Positions 26,545 through 35,634 of a DNA stretch of 64,000 nt are shown here, one piece after another. This stretch comes from a virus (taxonomy: Duplodnaviria; Caudoviricetes), in IMG/VR virus record IMGVR_UViG_3300007622_000004, positions 1,462 through 65,461 of that record. The stretch is one strand, 5' to 3'. The notes under the pieces were generated by a model. That model searched no databases. It was given only the letters and a program-made list of their open reading frames with translations, and was not told the DNA's origin. The position numbers and the translations under genes are program-made. How positions within the stretch are numbered: position 1 is the stretch's first letter; the number at the start of each line of letters is the position of its first letter.

Positions 26545-26777
26545 AAATACTCCTTTTCGTATTCTTTACTTCCGTGAGTGTTGTAATAATTTTGTCTTTC
26601 TAATTTTGCTGCATTTAAATCATATTCTTTATTTTCCAGCAAAGACCATACTTCATCCATACATTCACCATCAGTCATTAATTCACCTGGGTGAGTTAAT
26701 GCGTTTATAATTTTCTCTACAAGGTATTCGTAATCAACCATTCTCATTTCCCTAGTAGTAATGTTCCTTATTCTCAT
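26541..26777 (-). CDS. Hypothetical protein
   Basis: PGELMTDGECMDEV. Confidence 0.68.
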   Translation of the reverse strand: MRIRNITTREMRMVDYEYLVEKIINALTHPGELMTDGECMDEVWSLLENKEYDLNAAKLERQNYYNTHGSKEYEKEYL

Positions 26778-26923
26778 TTAACCCCCTCTAACGATAGTTT
26801 CTTTATATGCTTTAACAGCTTTAATAATTCGCGCCTATCAACATCTGTTTTTGCTGCGATATGGGCAGTAAATGCTATTTCATTTAAAAGACTGTTGATT
26901 TGTATTTTTTCTTTCTTATTCAT
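26774..26923 (-). CDS. 49-aa hypothetical protein
   Basis: Hand translation MNKKEKIQINSLLNEIAFTAH..LSLEGVK; ATGA coupling. Confidence 0.55.
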   Translation of the reverse strand: MNKKEKIQINSLLNEIAFTAHIAAKTDVDRRELLKLLKHIKKLSLEGVK

Positions 26924-26983
26924 CGCACACCATTTTGATTGATTCCATTTCTAACTTATTTTTTAGCTCATCACTCCAACGCA

Positions 26984-27334
26984 CTACTCTTCTCCTTTAT
27001 AGCCATTGATATTGTTTTGTAATTGATTTGCCCATTTCAAAATATGCATTTGCATACTTTGAAAATCTTGATCAAAAGGATATGAATTATGCATTGTTAG
27101 ATTGTCTAAAATTTCATTACAGCAAATCCAAGCTTCTGCTAATTCCATAGTTCCTTCTTTGAACTTTTCAAGTGCTGACAAAAACAAATATTTTTCTTTA
27201 TCAAATATAAGTTCTTCTAGTTTTTGAACATCTTCGTGTTGTGCATTTGTTAATGCAATGTTTCGTTTAATTTCTAATTCTGTTATTTGGTTTTCTAACA
27301 GTTTTCTAAATTCTGTTTTTGTATCTATATTCAT
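26984..27334 (-). CDS. Hypothetical helical protein
   Basis: Operon ORF. Confidence 0.68.
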   Translation of the reverse strand: MNIDTKTEFRKLLENQITELEIKRNIALTNAQHEDVQKLEELIFDKEKYLFLSALEKFKEGTMELAEAWICCNEILDNLTMHNSYPFDQDFQSMQMHILKWANQLQNNINGYKGEE

Positions 27335-27672
27335 TAATCCTCTATTTCCTTAAGAGCAAAATGTGCTCTTTTGCCTTGATTTGATAAACTTTGTATATAT
27401 AAATTAGCAACTACAAACGGAACTTGTCTTCCAATATTTGTAATAACATAACCACCATTTTGTTTTTTAACAAAATTATTTTTTACCATAACTTCTAAAG
27501 TTCTCAAGATAGTATCTTTTCTTTTAAACTTTGTAGGGTTAAAAGAAATTATTTCGGAAATTGAAACAACTGGGCTGTTCATTCTTTCCCTCATACTTAT
27601 ATATTTAATAAGCACAACTTGAATACCATTATAAGAAATTCTACATTTCTTAATTTGATCTATTGCGTTCAT
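27334..27672 (-). CDS. Winged-helix-like protein
   Basis: ISEII..KDTILRTLEVMVKNNFVKKQNGGYVITNIGR. Confidence 0.6.
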   Translation of the reverse strand: MNAIDQIKKCRISYNGIQVVLIKYISMRERMNSPVVSISEIISFNPTKFKRKDTILRTLEVMVKNNFVKKQNGGYVITNIGRQVPFVVANLYIQSLSNQGKRAHFALKEIED

Positions 27673-27688
27673 ATTTCCCTTTCTAATA

Positions 27689-27934
27689 TTATTCTGTTCC
27701 ATATACAATTTTTAAACTAACATCATTAGCCCATCTTAAAGCCGCTGATTCATGATCTTCTCTCATAAATTTTTTCTTTTTAGTATTACCGGTTATATCA
27801 TTAACAACTATTGCTTGACTTATATAAAGATTTTTGTGATTGTAAACTTTAACAGTCACGCTTTTCTTATCCCAGGAATCAGTTTTTTGGTAATCATAAA
27901 CCAATTCCCAATCAATATCACTAATCTTTGTCAT
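27689..27934 (-). CDS. Hypothetical protein (paralog of 26239..26544)
   Basis: SWDKKSVTVKVY..ITGNTKKKK..LRWAND. Confidence 0.7.
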   Translation of the reverse strand: MTKISDIDWELVYDYQKTDSWDKKSVTVKVYNHKNLYISQAIVVNDITGNTKKKKFMREDHESAALRWANDVSLKIVYGTE

Positions 27935-28415
27935 CTTGTTTTCCTTCTAGTTCTTGTTGTTTTTTCTTTTTCCAGTTTTTATATTCGTGTTTATTAATAA
28001 CAAGTTCTGCTTTCAGCACTTCTTTTCCAGGAGAAAAATCTTCTCTCAACCATTTGTCTAATCTTATTACCCATTCAGTAGTTGAAACTGTGCTGTGATT
28101 TGTAGATAAACCAATCGTTTCTTCAACCATTTCCATAGTCAAATAATGATTCTCTATTTCATTATTATTCCATCTTTGCATAAAAGACATTTTGTTGTAT
28201 TTTTCATATACTTTTGATCTTGCATAGTATTCAGCAGCATTGTCTTTAGTTATAGAACTAAAACCAACTGCCCCACCCCAAAAAATAAATGTTTTTAATG
28301 TAGGGTTAACATCAAAATATTCTTCATCACTTCCATCTGCTCTAGTTTTTACATAAGCATCTTCTATATTGTTTTTATATTTTTTAATTTTTGAAATATC
28401 CCAGTTAAGTGGCAT
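27921..28415 (-). CDS. Hypothetical protein
   Basis: 164 aa, AGGAG RBS. Confidence 0.72.
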   Translation of the reverse strand: MPLNWDISKIKKYKNNIEDAYVKTRADGSDEEYFDVNPTLKTFIFWGGAVGFSSITKDNAAEYYARSKVYEKYNKMSFMQRWNNNEIENHYLTMEMVEETIGLSTNHSTVSTTEWVIRLDKWLREDFSPGKEVLKAELVINKHEYKNWKKKKQQELEGKQDDKD

Positions 28416-28423
28416 ATAATCTC

Positions 28424-28639
28424 CTATTTTTGTTTGTTTTTTGTTAAGTCTTTTATGTGATCTACAGTTTTTACAACAACAGCGTTGTCATACCAATTTG
28501 TTTTTGTTTTATTAAATGCTTTTGCATGTTCTATAACTTTATCTACATTTACATTGTAAATTCTAACTTGAACAATTGATTTGTCTTTTAACAAAACAAT
28601 TGCGTATTCATTTTTATAAACGTTTTCATTACTCATCAT
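28424..28639 (-). CDS. Hypothetical protein
   Basis: 71 aa, AGGAG RBS. Confidence 0.65.
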   Translation of the reverse strand: MMSNENVYKNEYAIVLLKDKSIVQVRIYNVNVDKVIEHAKAFNKTKTNWYDNAVVVKTVDHIKDLTKNKQK

Positions 28640-28650
28640 TCTCCTAGTTG

Positions 28651-28986
28651 TTATTGGTTTTGATATGATTCAATAAAATCAATTACATCATTAACTTCTT
28701 CCATACTTAAAGAAACATCTTCTCCTTCTTCATCTGTTTTAGAAAAAATTACATCACCACAAATAACATCATCAAAAGGTCTTTTATTTTTAATGTATTG
28801 TGTTGCTAAATTATTTACTGGTAGGCCTTTAATTTTTCCTTCTTCGTTGCAAAAAATTGCAATATCTTCATAAACATGAACATACTCAATCCAGCCTCCA
28901 ACAATTTTTTGATAGTCTTCCAATGAAAAATCTTTTTGTTCAATCATTTTCCAACTATCATCTGATTTCATTACTATTGTTTGCAT
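28651..28986 (-). CDS. DUF3846-like protein
   Basis: LEDYQKIVGGWIEYV..CNEEGKIKGLPVN..DVICGDVIF. Confidence 0.75.
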   Translation of the reverse strand: MQTIVMKSDDSWKMIEQKDFSLEDYQKIVGGWIEYVHVYEDIAIFCNEEGKIKGLPVNNLATQYIKNKRPFDDVICGDVIFSKTDEEGEDVSLSMEEVNDVIDFIESYQNQ

Positions 28987-29020
28987 ATCGCCTTTCTTTC
29001 TTTTGGTTTATATTAAATGA

Positions 29021-29127
29021 AAGCATCAGGAATTGTTATATTATGGGCAAAGACTATAGATGTCGCCAATATAACAATTTGTATTTTACAAGACATGAAA
29101 GGGGGTAAATGCCTTAACCTGATGCTT
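29021..29127 (-). ncRNA. Candidate structured RNA immediately 3' of tRNA-Arg
   Basis: 10-bp closing stem AAGCATCAGG/CCTGATGCTT enclosing a 7-bp hairpin (one G.U on minus) and a 12-bp stem AATTGTTATATT/AATATAACAATT with inner stems. Confidence 0.45.
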
Positions 29128-29129
29128 AG

Positions 29130-29202
29130 CGTTTCCGATAGGACTTGAACCTATACTCTATTGATTAGAAGTCAATTGCTTTATCCATTAAGCTACGGAA
29201 AC
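29130..29202 (-). tRNA. tRNA-Arg(TCT), no encoded CCA
   Basis: GTTTCCG/CGGAAAC acceptor, TAGC..GGAT D arm, ATTGA-CT-TCT-AA-TCAAT anticodon arm, GGTTCAAGTCC T arm. Confidence 0.93.
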
Positions 29203-29218
29203 TGATTTGTTAATCTAT

Positions 29219-29692
29219 TTATTTGTAAACAATTTCTCCATATTTAATAATCAATTTCTCACCATCAAAATACCATTGATATTGACTATTATCTTCCCCT
29301 ATCCAATTTATATAACTACCTTTTTTTACAAATGGAGCAATTACATCAAAGAATTCGTATTCATTACCTGTTTTGCTATCATATACAAGCGCAATTAAAT
29401 CACCATTTTTCTCATCAAACAATAAATCTGCAAAACCAAGTTCTTCTAATATCTCAACAAAAGTTTTACATTTTGCTGGGTAATTAGCATCCATCCAACT
29501 AAACCATTTAGCCGGATGATAATCTAATCCTTCAGGTCTTGGATCATCAGAACTTATCCCAATACTATTCCAACCACCACCATTTTTTAATTCATCTCTA
29601 TCATTAAGTTTGCACATTGCGTTATAGCAATCTTCAAATTTATCTTTACTAACAACAAAATCATTCTCTTTAGTAGTTACCCAGTATCCCAT
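29219..29692 (-). CDS. Hypothetical protein
   Basis: YDSKTGNEYEFFDVIAPFVKKGSYINWIGED pattern of a common phage family. Confidence 0.75.
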   Translation of the reverse strand: MGYWVTTKENDFVVSKDKFEDCYNAMCKLNDRDELKNGGGWNSIGISSDDPRPEGLDYHPAKWFSWMDANYPAKCKTFVEILEELGFADLLFDEKNGDLIALVYDSKTGNEYEFFDVIAPFVKKGSYINWIGEDNSQYQWYFDGEKLIIKYGEIVYK

Positions 29693-29713
29693 TGGATACC
29701 CCTTTCTATTGTT

Positions 29714-30268
29714 TTATTTAAATGCCCAAGGTTTAGCACCATCAATATCATACAAATATTTGGCAACTTTTAAGTTACAATCTACTTTTAGCAGACCATC
29801 TAACCCAGTTCCACATATTTGTTTAGTTAATGTTTTCCAACAACTATTGATTTGAACTAAACCACGATCAATAGACCCATTTTTATTCAGAGTCCATATC
29901 ACATTTCCATCTTTATCATATTTAGCATTAATGGCTTTTTCATTACAACCACTTTCTCTCCAAGCAATATAAGAAAAAAGCTCAACAGGTAATCCAAATT
30001 CAATGAATTTAGATTCCCATTGAGGGCATCTTTTACTTAAATCTCTTGGTATTTGTTTCTTAATACTTAATGGTTGCTCTACTTCTTTAACAACAATTTC
30101 TTTATCGGTGTTATCAATTTTATATAAAGGCCTTAAAGATTCAATTTTTATTTTATTTTTATAAGGGATACTTCCGTCAGCCAAAGCCGTTGGGTTACTT
30201 ACGATTATTAATAATACAATATAAGTAACTGCAATAATGTATCCGAGTAATTTTTTATACATGTTCAT
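29714..30268 (-). CDS. Lytic transglycosylase (SLT/lysozyme-like) with N-terminal signal/TM
   Basis: IAWRESGC catalytic Glu, DRGLVQINS, CNLKVAKYLY..PW; hydrophobic N-terminus. Confidence 0.82.
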   Translation of the reverse strand: MNMYKKLLGYIIAVTYIVLLIIVSNPTALADGSIPYKNKIKIESLRPLYKIDNTDKEIVVKEVEQPLSIKKQIPRDLSKRCPQWESKFIEFGLPVELFSYIAWRESGCNEKAINAKYDKDGNVIWTLNKNGSIDRGLVQINSCWKTLTKQICGTGLDGLLKVDCNLKVAKYLYDIDGAKPWAFK

Positions 30269-30436
30269 TTTCCCTCCATTTAGGTAATGTTTTGTGCTGC
30301 GACACATTAAATATCTATTTAGCGAAAAACGAAAGTAAATCTACAACTCTTACTTACGCTTTTACTTTGATTGTTCTTATAATAACCTCCTTAAAGTGTT
30401 GTTATATTTTATCATTTTTTTTATTTTAAAACAACT

Positions 30437-30766
30437 TTACTCTTCTTCTAACAAGATTTTTGTATTGTCAATAATATCTGGCGGCATTTCACCTTTTTGG
30501 ACTAAATCATTATGATATCCAATATTTTTAGTTATTTCTCTAAAAGAAGCAGAATACGGATTATAAAAATACTCTTTAATATTGCCAGGTTCTTTTGATT
30601 TTACTGAATATTCAAATATTCTTGCATGCCAATTATCTGGTTTAAACCCCATTTGTCTTTCGCAAATTCTATTTGCTAATCCAACAGCTTCAGTTACTGT
30701 AGAAACATCATCTACTCTAATAGCATAACGATATTCCACGATATAATAGTTATCAAATTTTGGCAT
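30437..30766 (-). CDS. Hypothetical protein
   Basis: 109 aa. Confidence 0.7.
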   Translation of the reverse strand: MPKFDNYYIVEYRYAIRVDDVSTVTEAVGLANRICERQMGFKPDNWHARIFEYSVKSKEPGNIKEYFYNPYSASFREITKNIGYHNDLVQKGEMPPDIIDNTKILLEEE

Positions 30767-30768
30767 AA

Positions 30769-30894
30769 TTAAACCTTAGACCCTAATGCTAATAAAACTA
30801 AAACAACTGAACCAATTAACAACAATGGAACTAAAAACCCAGTAACAATGATGGCTAAAAATACAAATAATATTATTACAAGACTATCTTTCAT
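30769..30894 (-). CDS. 41-aa highly hydrophobic membrane peptide
   Basis: Hand translation MKDSLVIILFVFLAIIVTGFLVPLLLIGSVVLVLLALGSKV; GAGGA RBS. Confidence 0.65.
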   Translation of the reverse strand: MKDSLVIILFVFLAIIVTGFLVPLLLIGSVVLVLLALGSKV

Positions 30895-32498
30895 ATTTTC
30901 CTCATAGAGAATTCTTTACCAATATCAGCATAAAGTTCTTGGCCATTTTCTGAGATCATTAACACTCCGTTTCTTTCTATGATTTCGTTCTGAATATGTA
31001 AAAGATAAACAAGTTCGCCAAATTTTGCAATGTGCGCACCCAAAACTTTAGAATATTCTACTTTATAATTTAAAGTTTTTAGCTTGGCAATATCTACTGC
31101 CTTAAACTTGATCACACCTTTATTACAAACACCAATTGGTTCATCATAAAACTTACACATCAATTTGCCAATTCTATCATCTGCTAATGATCTAAACTCT
31201 CTGTATTCATTATCAGCAATCTTACTAGACAAATGATCATATTCATGAATAATTGTTGCAACAATATTGTGAATATTTCCGTGTTCTGCGTGTTTTTTCT
31301 CAATCAATATCTGCGCAGTTTCTTCATCATTTAAATTAATTACTTGACCATAAACGTAATTTTCAACTTTAGATGAAAAAACAGCAATTGGGCATTTCAA
31401 TTTTCTTAACCCAGGCTCAAATTGTTTTGCTATTTCAATAGCAGTAATGAGATTAGGATATTTTTCTGTATCTTCATCAAGATCGTGTTCAATCTTTTCG
31501 CCTAATTTATCAACAGCAGTATTAACTCCACCTTTAGACAAGAGTTTGTATAACCCAGCAGTATTTACATTTACTGGGTTATATCCATGTTCTTTAACTA
31601 TAAAGTTAATGCCATCAATTGCTTGAAGCATTGGAGAAAGTATCACTGAATTTTTTGGATAGATAGAATAAAAAGCTTCAGCCCACGATTTGTCAAATGA
31701 ATATATATCCCATTTGCCTTCGGTGATGTTTTTAAATTCATAATAGTTGTTATCACTCATTGCTTTTTTAATAACTTGTTTTTGTGTTTCTTTATCTGTC
31801 ATTTTGCTATACAAAGAAATGATATCGTATTCGTTTGAGTAAAGGCTTTTTATACTTCTCTCTTCATTTAGTAAAGCCAAATTCATTTCATAATCAAACA
31901 TGGAATGAATAGAACTATCTTTATGAACCAATACGGTTTTGCAAAATATCCTAAAATCATTTGAAGTTTTTTCCAAAACAGAACTCCCATTGTAAGTAAA
32001 TACCTTAGGAGTGTTTTCACAAAAATACGAGTCATGATTATTATAGATATCCATCATCAATGGAGATGCTGTAATAAAAACAGAAAAGGTATCTTGTTCA
32101 ATTGTTATTTCATCAACAATTGATTTCTTCCAAAACTCACTGTCTTTAGCATTAGATATTGCTTCTCTATAGATTTGGAATTCATTATCCCAACTCATAA
32201 TGCCGGCTTCTAATGTAAAAGAAGAATTTTCTGTATAGTCTCCGTAATCGTAAACAATACAGTTAATTCCATCTTTTACTTCAGATTTGTATCTAAGCAT
32301 ATAAGGGCCATTATTATCATGGCCAGCAAATACAAATTCTAAACCTAATCTCAAAGCTGAGATAGGGGCATATTTAATTCCTGAACCAAATTGGCCAATA
32401 GAATCAGGATCATCTCTTTTAGAAGAATAACCCAATTTTTCTAAAGACAATCTACTTACGCAAGGAGCGTAATTTGATATCTTAATATATTTTGTCAT
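30891..32498 (-). CDS. GHKL-type ATPase-like protein with C-terminal HEXXH
   Basis: LGYSSKRDDPDSIGQFGSGIKYA ATP lid; REAISNAKD box; IIHEYDHL. Confidence 0.7.
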   Translation of the reverse strand: MTKYIKISNYAPCVSRLSLEKLGYSSKRDDPDSIGQFGSGIKYAPISALRLGLEFVFAGHDNNGPYMLRYKSEVKDGINCIVYDYGDYTENSSFTLEAGIMSWDNEFQIYREAISNAKDSEFWKKSIVDEITIEQDTFSVFITASPLMMDIYNNHDSYFCENTPKVFTYNGSSVLEKTSNDFRIFCKTVLVHKDSSIHSMFDYEMNLALLNEERSIKSLYSNEYDIISLYSKMTDKETQKQVIKKAMSDNNYYEFKNITEGKWDIYSFDKSWAEAFYSIYPKNSVILSPMLQAIDGINFIVKEHGYNPVNVNTAGLYKLLSKGGVNTAVDKLGEKIEHDLDEDTEKYPNLITAIEIAKQFEPGLRKLKCPIAVFSSKVENYVYGQVINLNDEETAQILIEKKHAEHGNIHNIVATIIHEYDHLSSKIADNEYREFRSLADDRIGKLMCKFYDEPIGVCNKGVIKFKAVDIAKLKTLNYKVEYSKVLGAHIAKFGELVYLLHIQNEIIERNGVLMISENGQELYADIGKEFSMRKI

Positions 32499-32506
32499 TT
32501 TTTCCT

Positions 32507-33058
32507 TTAATCTGCTTTGATAATGATATCATCTGATGATACTTTTTCTTGATACATCATAGTAGTTAACGCTGTTCTAATTCTAAATTTAGTGTTAAAA
32601 TCTAATTCCGGGATAGAATCTAGAACACTTCCAATTTGATCAAATGTATAGGTTTCTCTTCCCCTAGCAATTTCTTGTTGGATAAATTTACGCAAAGCAC
32701 TTGTCATAGTGCTATCTACTTTACTTTTATCAGAGCCATATAGATGAGTTGTAATATCATAACGAATTGCTTCAATAATAACTCTTGTTGCTAATTTAGC
32801 AGTTTCGCAACCATTCATGACATCATATGATTCAAGCATATCGGTAACTTTATCTTCTACTGATTCAGTATCCATATAGCCTTTAACATCACCTGCTAAA
32901 TCATCCATATCAATATATTCTTTAAGATCACTTGCTAAATCACTCATATCAATTTCTTCTAATACTTTTTCGGTTATTGTTTTGTAATCAACAGGAACAA
33001 GTCCTGATAATTCCGATGCCGGAATTGATAACGTAATATTTACATTGTTTTCTTGCAT
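32507..33058 (-). CDS. Acidic hypothetical protein with 13-aa internal repeats
   Basis: IDMSDLASDLKEY / IDMDDLAGDVKGY / MDTESVEDKVTDM. Confidence 0.7.
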   Translation of the reverse strand: MQENNVNITLSIPASELSGLVPVDYKTITEKVLEEIDMSDLASDLKEYIDMDDLAGDVKGYMDTESVEDKVTDMLESYDVMNGCETAKLATRVIIEAIRYDITTHLYGSDKSKVDSTMTSALRKFIQQEIARGRETYTFDQIGSVLDSIPELDFNTKFRIRTALTTMMYQEKVSSDDIIIKAD

Positions 33059-33146
33059 TTTATTTTCCTTTGTTTTTGGGTGCGTTAATGAACGCCCGTG
33101 TTTTTATTATTATTAAACTTCAAGATTGAGTGTATGCTATACACAC

Positions 33147-33908
33147 TTAATTTTGTGAGATATATTCAGAGTAAATCCCACTAATATCAATTACATTATT
33201 TACTATATCCATCAACACTTCGTAAGCAATAGTTGAAGTTATTAAAGAACCCAAAGTTCTAAAATACCAACCTTCTTTTATATTTTCAGTAAGTTCATCC
33301 CAAGTCCAACTATCTTCATTCAAAAGTCTCTCTCTATTATATTCTTTTTCAGCTAATTCAAATGCTTTTTCTTCTAATTGATACTTAGCAGCAACTAAAT
33401 CCCAAGCACTATACTTTATACAATTAAATAAATGTTCTGTTTCATATTCCGTAAGTTCTAATATATCTTTACCTGCTTCAGCAAAACCACTAACAATAGT
33501 TTGATTAAACGAATTATTAATAGTCATATCGTTATATGCTAAAACAGCCCAACCAGCAACACAAGCAGTTGTATTACACTTTGCAATATCTGATTCATTT
33601 AATGCTTCAAAAGGAATTACACATAATTGCTCGTAAATCTCTTCTGATTCGTAAAGATTACCAGATGTTAATTCTTTATAACTTTCTGATTGATCAATAG
33701 CATTTTCAAAACTTGTATTAAGATCACGAACATCCCAATATGGCATTTCTTCTTCATCTAAAGGCACTTTGCTATAATCACTAATTTTAATTCTTTGGTT
33801 ATCAACCAAATAATTAGCGTCTATTGTAAACCAATTTGTAATATCAAAATGCTTATCACCATATTTTTTGATATAATTAGCTGTTATGGTTAATTGTTTT
33901 TTGTTCAT
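33147..33908 (-). CDS. C-x3-ACVAGW family protein (distant paralog of 23186/23804)
   Basis: KCNTTACVAGWAVLA..GKDILELT. Confidence 0.75.
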   Translation of the reverse strand: MNKKQLTITANYIKKYGDKHFDITNWFTIDANYLVDNQRIKISDYSKVPLDEEEMPYWDVRDLNTSFENAIDQSESYKELTSGNLYESEEIYEQLCVIPFEALNESDIAKCNTTACVAGWAVLAYNDMTINNSFNQTIVSGFAEAGKDILELTEYETEHLFNCIKYSAWDLVAAKYQLEEKAFELAEKEYNRERLLNEDSWTWDELTENIKEGWYFRTLGSLITSTIAYEVLMDIVNNVIDISGIYSEYISQN

Positions 33909-33992
33909 ACTACCTCTTTCTAATGTTTCTGTATAAAATATAAAAATATATTATTACTAAAACTCCATAAACAAATTCAAATATATATTTAC

Positions 33993-34400
33993 TCATACCA
34001 TATCCGAAATATCAAGAATATGCGAAGCATATCTATAGATTGATGAATCTTCTTCAACTTTTCTTTTAGCACCATCAAACCAATCTTGGTAATGATAATA
34101 GACATCAATAATTTCATTTTGATCTGTAGTAATAACTTCAATAAAAGAAGCCGGCCCACCTGTAGACAAATGTATTCTATAATGTTTACTAACATCAACA
34201 CCTAGTCCATAATCAAAAATTGAACTTTCATGAATATCTTCATTTTTTACAATCTCTAATACTTTTTTGTCATTTTCATCTTCTAAGTCAAGATCATCCA
34301 TTTCGTTATGAAATGCTACCAGAAGTGCTTTAATATAAAGATTAGTAGAATCCATACTGTCATTAATTCTTTGTTCACAATTTAATTGTTTATCGTTCAT
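33993..34400 (-). CDS. Hypothetical protein
   Basis: LSTGGPA..YHYQDWFDGAK. Confidence 0.75.
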   Translation of the reverse strand: MNDKQLNCEQRINDSMDSTNLYIKALLVAFHNEMDDLDLEDENDKKVLEIVKNEDIHESSIFDYGLGVDVSKHYRIHLSTGGPASFIEVITTDQNEIIDVYYHYQDWFDGAKRKVEEDSSIYRYASHILDISDMV

Positions 34401-34918
34401 AACATCTCAATTCTGGTTTGTAGTTTTTCTAGTTGTTCTTTGGTTTCTATTGTTTTTGCTTGATTGTTAATTAGTTTCCATAATTTTTCTATACAAGAAG
34501 CAAAAGATTTAAAACGTTCTTGCGAAATAGCATTGCTAATGCTTCCGTCAGAAATTGCTTTAAAATAATTATACTTTTCAACATATATTGATTTTTCTGA
34601 CATAAAATAAGGAAGAACCCAACCACCACTTCTCCCATAACTATGACAATCAGTATAGCCAAAAGATTGCGCTATTTCACTGGCTTTTCTCCAAAATATA
34701 TCAATTAAATCTTGATAAACTTCTTCGCAATCATAAACATTTTCACTAAGTTTAGGATAACGCCATTTTACATTAACAGCTAAATAACCATCTTGGTGAA
34801 TGTATTTATCATCTATCATATTGAAATCATCAAAATATAGATACCTTAAATGTTCAACAGCAGATGTATTTGTCATTTGATTATTAATATCTTTAATAAT
34901 AATTGTTGGATTATTCAT
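34397..34918 (-). CDS. Hypothetical protein
   Basis: AVNVKW..SYGRSGGWV. Confidence 0.72.
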   Translation of the reverse strand: MNNPTIIIKDINNQMTNTSAVEHLRYLYFDDFNMIDDKYIHQDGYLAVNVKWRYPKLSENVYDCEEVYQDLIDIFWRKASEIAQSFGYTDCHSYGRSGGWVLPYFMSEKSIYVEKYNYFKAISDGSISNAISQERFKSFASCIEKLWKLINNQAKTIETKEQLEKLQTRIEML

Positions 34919-34928
34919 TATTCTCCTT

Positions 34929-35297
34929 TTACTTTAATGTTCTTTCTAATTTTATGGCCGTAATACTTTTATTTACAATTAAATTGTAAAAATTTGTTGG
35001 AACTTCTTTTAAATTTAATATTTTGTTTAATTCTTTTCTTTCTAAAGAAGAAAACCCACCCCACATACCGTATTCTATTTGATTATCCATTGCATAAGCT
35101 ATACAATTTGTTTGCACAGGACACTTTTTACAAATAGATTTTACTTTTAAATTATTTTTTCGTGACAAAGCAGATTGTCTTTCTGTATCTGGAAAAAATA
35201 AATTGATATCTAGGTTTTTACACGCAGCTTTTTCTCTCCACAATTCTTTTTCTATTTTAAATTTATTCTTCATCTTCACCTTCTTGGTGGTTTCCAA
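34929..35297 (-). CDS. whiB: WhiB-family Fe-S transcription factor
   Basis: WREKAAC..LFFP..CKKCPVQTNC..YGMWGG..ER. Confidence 0.9.
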   Translation of the reverse strand: METTKKVKMKNKFKIEKELWREKAACKNLDINLFFPDTERQSALSRKNNLKVKSICKKCPVQTNCIAYAMDNQIEYGMWGGFSSLERKELNKILNLKEVPTNFYNLIVNKSITAIKLERTLK

Positions 35298-35631
35298 ATA
35301 ACGGTTGAATTATAATTTTTCTAAAATACGATAAAAAATTATCTTTTGCTTCGCTTTGTTGCAAACTTATCATTATCAAAGAAACAATTGCTGATAACGA
35401 TAACGCTGTATAAACAGATAATTCTTGATCAATATCTTCACCTTCAGACATCATATTTATAATATGTAACTGAAATCTTGCCCTGTCTTGCTCATCAGAA
35501 AAATCAATTCTTTCTACCAAGTTTACTATTGACACTAAAGATGATAAAAACAATGAATCATCTAAACTGTTTGTTGGGAGTTTTTTAAAATTACTTTCAT
35601 CAATATTTTCTATTTCATCCATTGAAAACAT
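35263..35631 (-). CDS. Hypothetical protein
   Basis: 122 aa. Confidence 0.65.
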   Translation of the reverse strand: MFSMDEIENIDESNFKKLPTNSLDDSLFLSSLVSIVNLVERIDFSDEQDRARFQLHIINMMSEGEDIDQELSVYTALSLSAIVSLIMISLQQSEAKDNFLSYFRKIIIQPLFGNHQEGEDEE

Positions 35632-35634
35632 TAA

